Shown here one piece after another: positions 1 through 7,756 of a DNA stretch of 13,267 nucleotides. The position numbers and the translations under genes are program-made. The notes beneath the pieces are model-generated. The model saw only the letters and a program-made list of their open reading frames with translations, was not told the DNA's origin and searched no databases. Source of the stretch: Candidatus Thorarchaeota archaeon (lineage in GTDB: Archaea; Asgardarchaeota; Thorarchaeia; Thorarchaeales; Thorarchaeaceae); the NCBI GenBank assembly GCA_011364905.1, contig RDNZ01000058.1:1-13267 (forward strand), read 5' to 3'. The number at the start of each line of letters is the position of its first letter. Position 1 is the first letter of the stretch.

Positions 1-2
1 TC

Positions 3-314
3 CCTCAGAAGCTTATTGTCTGCATCAAGACAGACTCTGAAAACTCTCCTCTATCGCGGGTGCTTCATGCACAAGCAAGCACATTCCCGAAAGCAAGGGT
101 CATTTCCGGACAATCATTGACTGTACTCGATCTAGAAACCCCAAGGACTATAGATTGGCTCACTACGACACAAATCCTCACCAATCTTGCAGGTAACACT
201 TCAGAGATATGCACATTTATAGCGGACCGTAACGAGATTGGAAAAAGACTTGAGAGTGTGGTGCCATCTATAACATCACGCATGTCCTCTAGAGAAAATA
301 ACTCTCGGCGTTGA
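3..314 (+). CDS. C-terminal part of a gene entering from the left edge; probable Lrp/AsnC-like (wHTH + RAM-like) paralog of the next gene
   Basis: The frame of ORF 60..314 is open back to position 3 (PQKLIVCIKTDSENSPLSRVLHAQASTFPKARVISGQSLTVLDLETP...). This resembles the C-terminal module of 321..1784 (NFCFEIVC...RILSTIVTFPWTMYYLSARGIIVWTSVP). It stops 6 nt before the next ORF. Confidence 0.6.
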   Translation, partial: PQKLIVCIKTDSENSPLSRVLHAQASTFPKARVISGQSLTVLDLETPRTIDWLTTTQILTNLAGNTSEICTFIADRNEIGKRLESVVPSITSRMSSRENNSRR

Positions 315-320
315 AAAGAA

Positions 321-1784
321 TTGGATAACACTCGTATGGGATTGAGTAAAGCATCTCAAGATGCATCTCGACGAAAGCGCACTTCAGTGGATATAGAAAC
401 TCCATACGATGATTTATTCCCAGAATCAGCTGAGCCATCAGTCCAGTTCTATCTAGATGCTATGAGAATCTATCTAGGACTCTGCTCCGGCGCTGTGCCA
501 ATGGAAGACGCCTTAAAGGCTGTTGAAATCTTGAAGAGGAATCCTGAATTTGTTGCTTATCCGACAAATCCCACTATTATACCGATTAATGAAACCTTCA
601 AGAACAAAGTCCTAGAGAACCTGAAGACACTGAGCAAATTCAATCTACTGACACGAGACTCAGTGAGGTCTGCTTATACTTTCGCGTTTCTTATTGAAGA
701 AACCCCAATCACGCAGACTGATTTTGATGTTCTTAAGGTCCTGGCAATTAGTCCAACAATCTCACTTGTAAAGGCATCAGAAGCTCTACATATGGCTCCC
801 CGAACGGTTGCAAGAGCTCTTGAGCGGCTTCGCGACCGGCATTTTGTGAGATACAGTGCAATACTCGACTACACTGCATTTAACATTCAATCTGCAATGC
901 TTTTCTTTACACTTCGAGAAGACATTGACTGGTCCGAGGTTGAACAAGGATTCTTGGAATATAGGTTCACAAAGAGTGTGCTCAAGACAACCATGACTGA
1001 CCTTGGATACGCGAGTTTTATGATTCCTAATCGAGAAAGGAATCTAACCACATTTCACGAGTCAATCAGGGCTATTTCGAAGACCTACTTTGATTATTCA
1101 AGCTTGCATTATCAGACCGGTTCTGGTGCGAGATCAAATCTGTCGCTTTTCAAGAAAGGTACCTGGAACCTTGCGGGAGTTGTGGAGTCTCCCTTCGAAG
1201 AAACTGTACAGGATATAGACAAACTTCCAGTGGTGCTCTTGTGTAAAGGGTTGCAACCAGGATTCGGTCAAACAGAGTTGGTCGTAGGATCAGAGATGCA
1301 GCTCAATATCAGAGCTCCGCCAAGCAAGATTAGCAGGAGTCTATCGACCTACGGTTGGGACATTGACGCACGTAAGGTTTCTCAGGTGATACAAAAACTC
1401 AACAGTCACAACCTCTTGCTCCCATATGTTGCTGTTTATGGACTTGGTCTATCATCAAACTTCTGTTTTGAAATTGTGTGTAGTGATGCTTGGAAGGACC
1501 GTATCTTGTCCACGATTGTCACCTTTCCATGGACCATGTATTACCTCTCGGCCCGAGGAATCATTGTTTGGACTAGTGTTCCTGCCAATCATCAAGTGGA
1601 GTACTACCAGGTCTTTCGTGCGCTCCAGCAAATGAGTGGTGTTGATGTCGTTCAGCCAATCATGACAATCAGTCAGCGAGGTTCGAGATCAACTATTGAC
1701 TTAACAAAGAATTGGGAGTACAATGATGGTGTTTGGTCTATAAAGCCCGATGAGGTGGATTTGCGTCACTGTCTGCCGCCCTAG
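321..1784 (+). CDS. Lrp/AsnC-like winged-HTH transcriptional regulator with duplicated HTH-RAM modules and an N-terminal extension
   Basis: 487-aa ORF (alternative ATG at 336). Lrp-type HTH TQTDFDVLKVLAISPTISLVKASEALHMAPRTVARALERLRDRHFVRYSAILDYTAFNI. A second degenerate copy reads QTELVVGSEMQLNIRAPPSKISRSL...RKVSQVIQKLNSHNLLLPYVAVYGLGL. Confidence 0.75.
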   Translation: MDNTRMGLSKASQDASRRKRTSVDIETPYDDLFPESAEPSVQFYLDAMRIYLGLCSGAVPMEDALKAVEILKRNPEFVAYPTNPTIIPINETFKNKVLENLKTLSKFNLLTRDSVRSAYTFAFLIEETPITQTDFDVLKVLAISPTISLVKASEALHMAPRTVARALERLRDRHFVRYSAILDYTAFNIQSAMLFFTLREDIDWSEVEQGFLEYRFTKSVLKTTMTDLGYASFMIPNRERNLTTFHESIRAISKTYFDYSSLHYQTGSGARSNLSLFKKGTWNLAGVVESPFEETVQDIDKLPVVLLCKGLQPGFGQTELVVGSEMQLNIRAPPSKISRSLSTYGWDIDARKVSQVIQKLNSHNLLLPYVAVYGLGLSSNFCFEIVCSDAWKDRILSTIVTFPWTMYYLSARGIIVWTSVPANHQVEYYQVFRALQQMSGVDVVQPIMTISQRGSRSTIDLTKNWEYNDGVWSIKPDEVDLRHCLPP

Positions 1785-1790
1785 CTTATA

Positions 1791-2699
1791 CTATGTTTGT
1801 TGTTTTGCTTTCACCAAAAGTTCCACTCCTTTCTCTCTAATTCCCTGAGGTGGTCCGAACACAATTGAAGAGATACCCATCCCTTCGATTACTTTCAGAT
1901 ACTCTTGGAGTTGATCATTGGCCATGCAAAGAGCAAATCTCTTCAAAACATCTCTCCCAATGGAGTTTGCAATATCCACATCAATGCGTTTTTTCCCTTT
2001 CAGCAAACTTCTCGCTGTATCGATTTTATCACGAAATCCAAATGTTTCACTTACTTTGCTGTTTAGGCCAAGAGCCACCATTGCTGCTGAGAGAGCAATG
2101 CTCTGATTGTCCATAATGTCTTGGCAGTTCCCGATATAGGTAGGTGGGAAAACCCCAAGTCCAAAATCCGTCGGGATTTTCCCCATCTGGTTTAGTGCCC
2201 AATGCAGCATCTCGATATCTGAAAAGTTCAACAGAACACCATCGGCTTTCAGTGACTTCTTGATCATCACTGGGCCTTGAGCACCAAGAAGCACTGAACA
2301 CTCATAGCCTGCCTTTGAGAGGTCTGATTTAATCGTGTCAAGAGCGCTTGTTGTATATTCCACCATTTGCTTTATTGAATGTGAAACTCCCACGCGTGCC
2401 AAGGCACTTCTATCACCCGGACCTATTAGCAGGTCGAACCTGTCACCGTAGGTATCAATCAGTGTAGACATGAATTGAGAAATCTGTGTTGATGAGTATA
2501 GAAGAGGACTAATGAGTCCAACTCCAATTCTACACTTTTGGGTTCTTTCAGCAATCGCTGCTGCAATGGCTGGTGCATACCTGACAGTTGGGAAATCAGT
2601 CACCCATATCTGATCAATTGCACCTCTATCAGCAACCTCTGCTTTTCGTAAAGTTTCTGATACTTCATCTCTAACATTTAGAGCGACCCCCCATTTCAT
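1791..2699 (-). CDS. LLM (luciferase-like) class, Mer-like putative F420-dependent oxidoreductase, divergent copy
   Basis: Motifs IWVTD, IGVGLISP, GDRFDLLIGPGD, LLGAQGPVMIK, ADGVLLN and IVFGPPQG match the Mer/LLM TIM-barrel pattern. Its ATG overlaps the upstream stop (ATGA, 2696..2699). Confidence 0.85.
   Translation of the reverse strand: MKWGVALNVRDEVSETLRKAEVADRGAIDQIWVTDFPTVRYAPAIAAAIAERTQKCRIGVGLISPLLYSSTQISQFMSTLIDTYGDRFDLLIGPGDRSALARVGVSHSIKQMVEYTTSALDTIKSDLSKAGYECSVLLGAQGPVMIKKSLKADGVLLNFSDIEMLHWALNQMGKIPTDFGLGVFPPTYIGNCQDIMDNQSIALSAAMVALGLNSKVSETFGFRDKIDTARSLLKGKKRIDVDIANSIGRDVLKRFALCMANDQLQEYLKVIEGMGISSIVFGPPQGIREKGVELLVKAKQQT
1795..1811 (+). terminator. possible archaeal U-rich terminator for the Lrp-like genes
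   Basis: The T-rich run gtttgttgttttgcttt starts about 10 nt after the stop at 1784, inside the 3' end of the convergent gene. It could also simply reflect Lys/Gln codons on the other strand. Confidence 0.25.
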
Positions 2700-3709
2700 G
2701 TTGTTTCCCTCCTTGATTCAACTTCGTGAAATATCTCCACCAAAGCTTGCCTCCAATCTCCCGAGAATGGCGGCCCAAGGACAACCTCCGTGGCACCAAT
2801 ACCAATCACATCTTCAAACCTATCAACCATATGCTCCTTTGTGCCACTTATTGAAAAGACATCTAACAACTTGTCATCCACGAACTTTGCGCCTTCCTTA
2901 GGACTTGACGATGAAACCGTCTTTCGAATTCTATCCACTCTCTCCCTGTCTATGGTGAGCATATCCAAGACGGCATCCGGTGTATCAGCTATGACCAAGG
3001 CAACAACTCTACGAGCAACCTTTTCTTTAATTCCTTTAAACGTAGGAATTGTAGGTACCCAGACTACTTTCTCTACATCTCTCTTGTTTCTTCCAGCTTC
3101 TTTAGCTGCTTCATCAACTGCTCTGATAGCATATTGCAGGTAATCAAATGGTCCAGATAGGATTACTCCATCAGCCATGTTTCCAGCCAGTTTTAGCATT
3201 TGAGGACCTCGTACTCCCAAAAAGATAGGAACTCGTATTGGATTATCTTTTTCTAAACTGAAACCACGAAGCGAGAACATCTCGCTGCTGGTATCTATTG
3301 TTTCTCCGGCCCATAACATCCTGAGTGTATTCACGGACTTCCTAAGTTCTGTGACTGGCTTCTTGATATGAATTCCCTGCTTCTCCAGGTCTTGGATACC
3401 CCCTATTCCAAGGCCAAATGTGAACCGTCCTTGACCAATCTCATTGAGGGTGACTCCTGTTCGAGCAAGTGTAGATATGTTGTGAACTGAGACAGGAATG
3501 ATACCAGTTCCTACTCTGACTTGGTGCGACTGAAGCAATGTTCTTGCAGTCAATACAAAGGATTCTTGTCCAAGTGCGATATCTTCACCAATCCAGATGC
3601 TTCCTGCACCAAGAGCATCTGCATTCTGGGCAATCCAGTTCGTTGCACTTACACGCATGTGCGTGGTGATGCCCACGCTCACTTTGTAGGAACTAATCAT
3701 ATGGGACAA
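2696..3709 (-). CDS. LLM class, Mer-like putative F420-dependent oxidoreductase
   Basis: Motifs IWIGED, VRVGTGIIP, TLNEIGQGRFTFGLGIG, VPIFLGVRGPQMLKLAGNMADGVIL, FSISGT and VVLGPPF. A GAGGAG SD-like sequence lies just upstream of TTG 3709 (alternative ATG at 3700). Confidence 0.88.
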   Translation of the reverse strand: MSHMISSYKVSVGITTHMRVSATNWIAQNADALGAGSIWIGEDIALGQESFVLTARTLLQSHQVRVGTGIIPVSVHNISTLARTGVTLNEIGQGRFTFGLGIGGIQDLEKQGIHIKKPVTELRKSVNTLRMLWAGETIDTSSEMFSLRGFSLEKDNPIRVPIFLGVRGPQMLKLAGNMADGVILSGPFDYLQYAIRAVDEAAKEAGRNKRDVEKVVWVPTIPTFKGIKEKVARRVVALVIADTPDAVLDMLTIDRERVDRIRKTVSSSSPKEGAKFVDDKLLDVFSISGTKEHMVDRFEDVIGIGATEVVLGPPFSGDWRQALVEIFHEVESRRETT

Positions 3710-3801
3710 GACTCCTCTTTCCAGTATATCTCTATCTCAATCACCAACCACCGTTTTGGGATATGTATTTTTGTAAGTTCGAGTAGTCTACTTTGATTAC
3801 A
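3710..3801. promoter_or_regulatory. divergent promoter region between the LLM pair and afpA
   Basis: About 90-bp head-to-head intergenic region with AT-rich segments. Contains the palindrome agtag-t-ctact at 3782..3792. Confidence 0.45.
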
Positions 3802-4353
3802 ATGAAACGTGTTGTTTGGGGAATCACTGGTTCCGGTGACTTGATTCATGAGATTATTAAGACTATGAGAACGCTCGAAGACGATCCAAACGCTCGTCTC
3901 ACTGTTCTTGTATCGAAAGCTGGTGAACAAGTGCTTAGATTGTATGGACTCTGGGATATGTTACACACCTCTTTCTCAAAAGTTTTGAAAGAAACCAACT
4001 CAAATGTACCTTTTATCGCTGGGCCACTTCAACTAGGCAAGTACGATGCCTTGGTCGTTGCTCCTTTGACTGCCAACTCCACAGCAAAGATCGCGCATGG
4101 CATTGCTGATACATTGATTACAAATGCTGTAGCTCAGACGTTGAAGGGAAACACACCAGTGTTACTGTATCCTGTAGATCAGGTTGATGAGGAGGTTCAC
4201 ACCATCGGACCAAAAGGTGAGGAGTTCTCAATCAGACCTCGCGAGATTGATTTGGATAATGTTAGGAGGCTCAAGGAGATGGAAAGAGTCAGCGTAGTTG
4301 ACTCTCCTCTTCTGATACCAAATGTCATATCTCAATTCCCTGACAAAGAGTGA
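3802..4353 (+). CDS. afpA: archaeoflavoprotein AfpA (FMN-binding HFCD-family flavoprotein, DmrB/dihydromethanopterin reductase-related)
   Basis: MKRVVWGITGSGD, VSKAGEQVLRLYGLWD, NSNVPFIAGPLQLGKYDALVVAPLTANSTAKIAHGIADTLITNAVAQ, PVD and IDLDNVRRL match the AfpA signature. There is no Fe-S Cys insert, so it is not the MJ0208/DmrX type. ATG 3802 is preferred over TTG 3793. Confidence 0.88.
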   Translation: MKRVVWGITGSGDLIHEIIKTMRTLEDDPNARLTVLVSKAGEQVLRLYGLWDMLHTSFSKVLKETNSNVPFIAGPLQLGKYDALVVAPLTANSTAKIAHGIADTLITNAVAQTLKGNTPVLLYPVDQVDEEVHTIGPKGEEFSIRPREIDLDNVRRLKEMERVSVVDSPLLIPNVISQFPDKE

Positions 4354-4362
4354 GGAATTTGA

Positions 4363-5010
4363 ATGGATGTTGATGTGTCCAAAGCATCTCTTGTTAGAAA
4401 GAGAGTAATGGATTGGTTTGGACTAAATGGTCGTACTTTTCCGTGGAGAACCACAAAGGATCCCTTTCAAATTCTCGTCGCAGAGATGCTTCTGCGTAGG
4501 ACAACAGCCTCCGCTGTATCGCGTGTCTTTGGTAAATTCATCACGCGCTTCAACACTCCCTTACGCCTTGCGCGAGCGCATGAATCAACAATAGTTCAAG
4601 CATTGAGTTCTTTGGGCTTACAAACCGAACGAGCGAAACAGTTCAAGAAGGCCTTCATGCTAATATCGAAGGAATACAATGGTGAGATTCCTCAGTCTTA
4701 TGCTATTCTAAAATCTCTCCCAGGAGTTGGCAGATACATCGCCTCAGCAGTCATGAATTTTGCATACGGTGAAGCTGTGCCTCTGGTCGATGGAAATGTG
4801 ATTCACCTTCTCTCGAGGGTCTTTGGAACTTCGTTCGTAGGGTCCTCTGACACACAAGCTTGGGACTTCGTGTCCAAGTTTGGAGGTTCTCATGAGTCGG
4901 AGCTCTATTGGGGGATTATTGACTTGGTATCAATGGTCTGTCTACGGAGAAATCCCAGGTGTACTGTTTGTCCATTATCTGAAGTCTGTGACTGGTACAA
5001 CACCAAATGA
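4363..5010 (+). CDS. mig: HhH-GPD DNA glycosylase with [4Fe-4S] cluster, Mig/TDG type (T:G / U:G mismatch)
   Basis: FPWRTTKDPFQILVAEMLLRRTT has LLRRTT as in Mig.MthI, not MutY LQQT. LGLQTERAKQ is present. The HhH motif LPGVGRY has Tyr, indicating a monofunctional enzyme. Catalytic VDGN and a C-x6-C-x2-C-x5-C motif are present. There is no MutY C-terminal domain. Confidence 0.8.
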   Translation: MDVDVSKASLVRKRVMDWFGLNGRTFPWRTTKDPFQILVAEMLLRRTTASAVSRVFGKFITRFNTPLRLARAHESTIVQALSSLGLQTERAKQFKKAFMLISKEYNGEIPQSYAILKSLPGVGRYIASAVMNFAYGEAVPLVDGNVIHLLSRVFGTSFVGSSDTQAWDFVSKFGGSHESELYWGIIDLVSMVCLRRNPRCTVCPLSEVCDWYNTK

Positions 5011-5015
5011 GATAG

Positions 5016-5393
5016 TCAGTCTAGATCTGGTATCTCAATCTCAACGGAGAGATTTTCGCCACAGGGGCAGGTCGCATTTATTGGGTATATGGCTGGGGTA
5101 TCGATGCTTATTGATGCTCCTTGTGCAGCAGCCTTGTCTATCAATGCCTGCATGTTATGGACCATATACCTGGCAAAACCCGCAACGAGGTCTGGGATTG
5201 AAATATCATTGATCCAATAGACAAAACGAGTACAACTGGGGCAGTGACTGAGGAGTATATGGGTTTTATCTCCACACTTTGCACATGTGAGACTCGTATG
5301 GTGATATTCTGGCGCATTTGGCATAGGAAGCTTCAGTTTATTCTCTCCGCCGCATCGATAGCAGAAATAGCTGAAATCTTGGTCCATGGTCAT
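5016..5393 (-). CDS. hypothetical multi-Zn-ribbon protein
   Basis: 125 aa with CYRC, CAKC, CPSC and CPC pairs (8 Cys, possibly two Zn sites). It fills the gap and converges on mig with a 5-nt spacing. Confidence 0.75.
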   Translation of the reverse strand: MTMDQDFSYFCYRCGGENKLKLPMPNAPEYHHTSLTCAKCGDKTHILLSHCPSCTRFVYWINDISIPDLVAGFARYMVHNMQALIDKAAAQGASISIDTPAIYPINATCPCGENLSVEIEIPDLD

Positions 5394-5574
5394 TGTTTTA
5401 TCATTCCCATTTATTCGTGGCTTCAGTTGAGTGGCTTAGGACTAGTAGAAAATTGTTGTGTGGTTCTAATAAGGGATGGCATGCACATTACTGAGGATGT
5501 GATGAAATATGTTGATTCAACAAGAGAACACGAAATTAGTGTCATTATTACTCGTGTTCCTTACTGAGAACTAC

Positions 5575-5709
5575 ATGACCGAGCTACGAAGATGCAATGT
5601 CTGTGATACTACAAAACCTCGGTTTCAAAGAAGTTTTTTCATTAACGGAGAATGGGTATGTATGGACTGCGTACTCTCACGTTTGAATGGGATTCCGCGT
5701 CAATGCTAA
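5575..5709 (+). CDS. small C4 zinc-finger protein (about 44 aa)
   Basis: MTELRRCNVCDTTKPRFQRSFFINGEWVCMDCVLSRLNGIPRQC has a CxxC-x18-CxxC treble-clef-like pattern. ATG 5575 is chosen over the ORF-track start at 5509. Confidence 0.6.
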   Translation: MTELRRCNVCDTTKPRFQRSFFINGEWVCMDCVLSRLNGIPRQC

Positions 5710-5764
5710 TCTCTCCAGAACCGAACATTGTAAAAGTAAGTATTGAAACCCTGATGACAGTCAG

Positions 5765-6541
5765 GTGTTTCCATTGAAGACACGAGTTCAACCTCATCTC
5801 AGAGTCGGAGACGGCGATGTAGAGAAACATGTTATTATCACAGGTAATCCTGATCGCGTACCAATCATTGCATCAAGGATGAAGAATCCTGAAGAGGTTT
5901 CGCGGTACAGAGGCCTCGTCACTTATCGCGCATACACACCAAAAGGGGTACCGGTGACCATTTCTGGTACTGGAATGGGTGTTGCTTCAACTCACATCTG
6001 TATCGAGGAGTTGTCAAGACTTGGCTGTGAAGTCATCATTCGACTTGGAAGCTGTGGAGGCATAGATCCATTAGTCAAGGCTGGTGATGTAGTGGTCCCA
6101 ACCGCATGTGTCCGTGATGAACGGGCCAGTCTCAATTATGCTCCGATGGGATATCCAGCTGTAGCCTCTCCAAGATGGTTCCTTGCGCTGCATGAGAGTA
6201 TTCTACAACTACTTCCTCCCGAACGAGTTCATGCAGGTGTCAACTGGACGTCCGATATTTACTATGTCAACCCTGCCCTGAATCAACTTGACCTTTGGAC
6301 CCGAGCACGAGTAAAGAGTGTTGAGATGGAATCCTCGCTTCTGTTTACGTTTGCACAGACTCGAGGCTTGGAGGCCGCTGCGATTCTCTCATGCGATGGC
6401 AATCTTCATGGAGCCCAGAAGACCGAGCAAGCACAGGAAGATGAGGAAACTGGAGAACAGAATCCGCTACTTGTAGAAGCGATTGCGAAATCACTAGATG
6501 CTGTGGTCATGGCAATCGATAAGATGGAAGAGTCGAAGTAG
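5765..6541 (+). CDS. udp: uridine phosphorylase / PNP-UDP family nucleoside phosphorylase
   Basis: QPHL, VIITGNPDRV, YRG, GTGMGVASTHICIEEL, IIRLGSCGG, VRDE, TSDIYY and VEMESS are canonical NP-I family motifs. Base specificity is not certain. Confidence 0.85.
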   Translation: MFPLKTRVQPHLRVGDGDVEKHVIITGNPDRVPIIASRMKNPEEVSRYRGLVTYRAYTPKGVPVTISGTGMGVASTHICIEELSRLGCEVIIRLGSCGGIDPLVKAGDVVVPTACVRDERASLNYAPMGYPAVASPRWFLALHESILQLLPPERVHAGVNWTSDIYYVNPALNQLDLWTRARVKSVEMESSLLFTFAQTRGLEAAAILSCDGNLHGAQKTEQAQEDEETGEQNPLLVEAIAKSLDAVVMAIDKMEESK

Positions 6542-6584
6542 TAATTCGCATGAATTTGAATCTACTAGTATCATTAGAAGTAGG

Positions 6585-6599
6585 AAAGTCCGAGACTTT
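6585..6599. promoter_or_regulatory. inverted repeat upstream of the methyltransferase pair
   Basis: aaagtc-cga-gacttt (6-bp arms) in the udp/MTase intergenic region. Confidence 0.3.
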
Positions 6600-6622
6600 G
6601 TTAGTAGCTGGGCAGATTTTTA

Positions 6623-7756
6623 GTGGAGTATTGCATTAGTTGGAATGTCATGCAAGAAACAGGGGTTAGTAATCGCAAAATTCGAGACTCACATACAAAT
6701 CTCACTCTACGTTTCTTCGACAAGGTCAGTAATCCAAAATCCATTCATGGTATCTATCCCTATCGAGGAAAGATATCTGCATTAGATGCTGCTCAAGTCA
6801 TCTCACAACTTCCATCAGATGCTGTCCTTCTGGACCCGTTCTGCGGAACCGGCACGATAGTTTACGAGGCTCAGGCACATGGCATGAGGGCGATAGGTGT
6901 CGATAACAATCCTCTAGCATGCGTCATTGCCAGGGGGAAAACTGAATCAATTGATAAAGTCTCTACGCTCGATGACCTGTCATACGCTATCTCAGATGCC
7001 CAGATTCAACAAGATGTTCCTAGCATGCCAACTGTCGCATCGAAGTATTTCCACCCAGATACCGCGAATCAGATCATGAGAATGGTGCAGGTTTCAACTC
7101 ATTTCAACTCCTTTCTTCTCTCAGCGTTGTATGGGGCAATTTGCGTTGCTGCCAGAGCATGCAATGGCTGGTTATGGACATCCACATCAATAGGCCGTAT
7201 CAATCCCCCTCTTAGAAAAATAGACTTCTACTCAACTCTACTTAGAAAAACCAAGAAACATATGGGATTCGTGAACAAGGGTTCGCCCGTAACAATTCAC
7301 ACCTACGACTCACGTCAAATCCACGAAATCATTAATGAGAACTCAATTGATATTGTGTATACAAGTCCTCCATATTTCGATGCCCTTGACTACACTGGCT
7401 ATTATTCCAAGATTGTCCTTGAGATACTTGCTATGGATCGAACCTCGATTCGAGCTGGCTTGATTCAGAAATATTCGACTTATAGAAAGGATATGAGAAT
7501 TGCATTGGATGCAATTGACAAGGTAACCCATGACAAATCATTAATCATATTCGTTGTTGGAAACCGAAAAGTTCATGGCGAACTAATCAAGGGGTCTGAG
7601 TTCTTCAGCGAAATTGCTCCTTGGAGCAATCCATACGTTGTAGAACGAGAATACACAAACACCGCAAGTGGTCTCTGGGACAAGATCAATAAAACCCAAA
7701 GAAAGGAACAGATTCTCGTCTGGGACCTAGCTAGAGGGAGTCGGAGATCGGGATGA
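6623..7756 (+). CDS. DNA amino-methyltransferase, alpha class, probably N4-cytosine
   Basis: Motif X HGIYPYRGK, motif I LLDPFCGTGT, GVDNNPLA, about 150-aa variable region (TRD), motif IV VYTSPPY, IIFVVGN and EQILV. The true start may be ATG 6650 or later. Confidence 0.88.
   Translation: MEYCISWNVMQETGVSNRKIRDSHTNLTLRFFDKVSNPKSIHGIYPYRGKISALDAAQVISQLPSDAVLLDPFCGTGTIVYEAQAHGMRAIGVDNNPLACVIARGKTESIDKVSTLDDLSYAISDAQIQQDVPSMPTVASKYFHPDTANQIMRMVQVSTHFNSFLLSALYGAICVAARACNGWLWTSTSIGRINPPLRKIDFYSTLLRKTKKHMGFVNKGSPVTIHTYDSRQIHEIINENSIDIVYTSPPYFDALDYTGYYSKIVLEILAMDRTSIRAGLIQKYSTYRKDMRIALDAIDKVTHDKSLIIFVVGNRKVHGELIKGSEFFSEIAPWSNPYVVEREYTNTASGLWDKINKTQRKEQILVWDLARGSRRSG

Noticed and set aside
65-331. 88-aa minus-strand ORF
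   Set aside because: It is the antisense shadow of the + strand gene that is open from the window edge, and has no motifs.
1426-3930. Short alternative ORFs (1426, 1850, 1918, 2047, 2698, 2790, 3521, 3697)
   Set aside because: They overlap well-supported genes in other frames or strands and show no recognisable motifs.
4363-5010. MutY or endonuclease III annotation
   Set aside because: It has LLRRTT instead of LQQT, no MutT-like C-terminal domain, and Tyr rather than the lyase Lys after the HhH motif.
5488-5568. MITE with 8-bp target-site duplication
   Set aside because: The inverted repeats are internal, not terminal next to the direct repeats, and there is no second copy in the window.
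4880-5830. ORFs 4880..5212(+), 5244..5567(+), 5642..5830(-), and the extension 5509..5574
   Set aside because: They overlap better-supported genes or the structured intergenic region and have no motifs.
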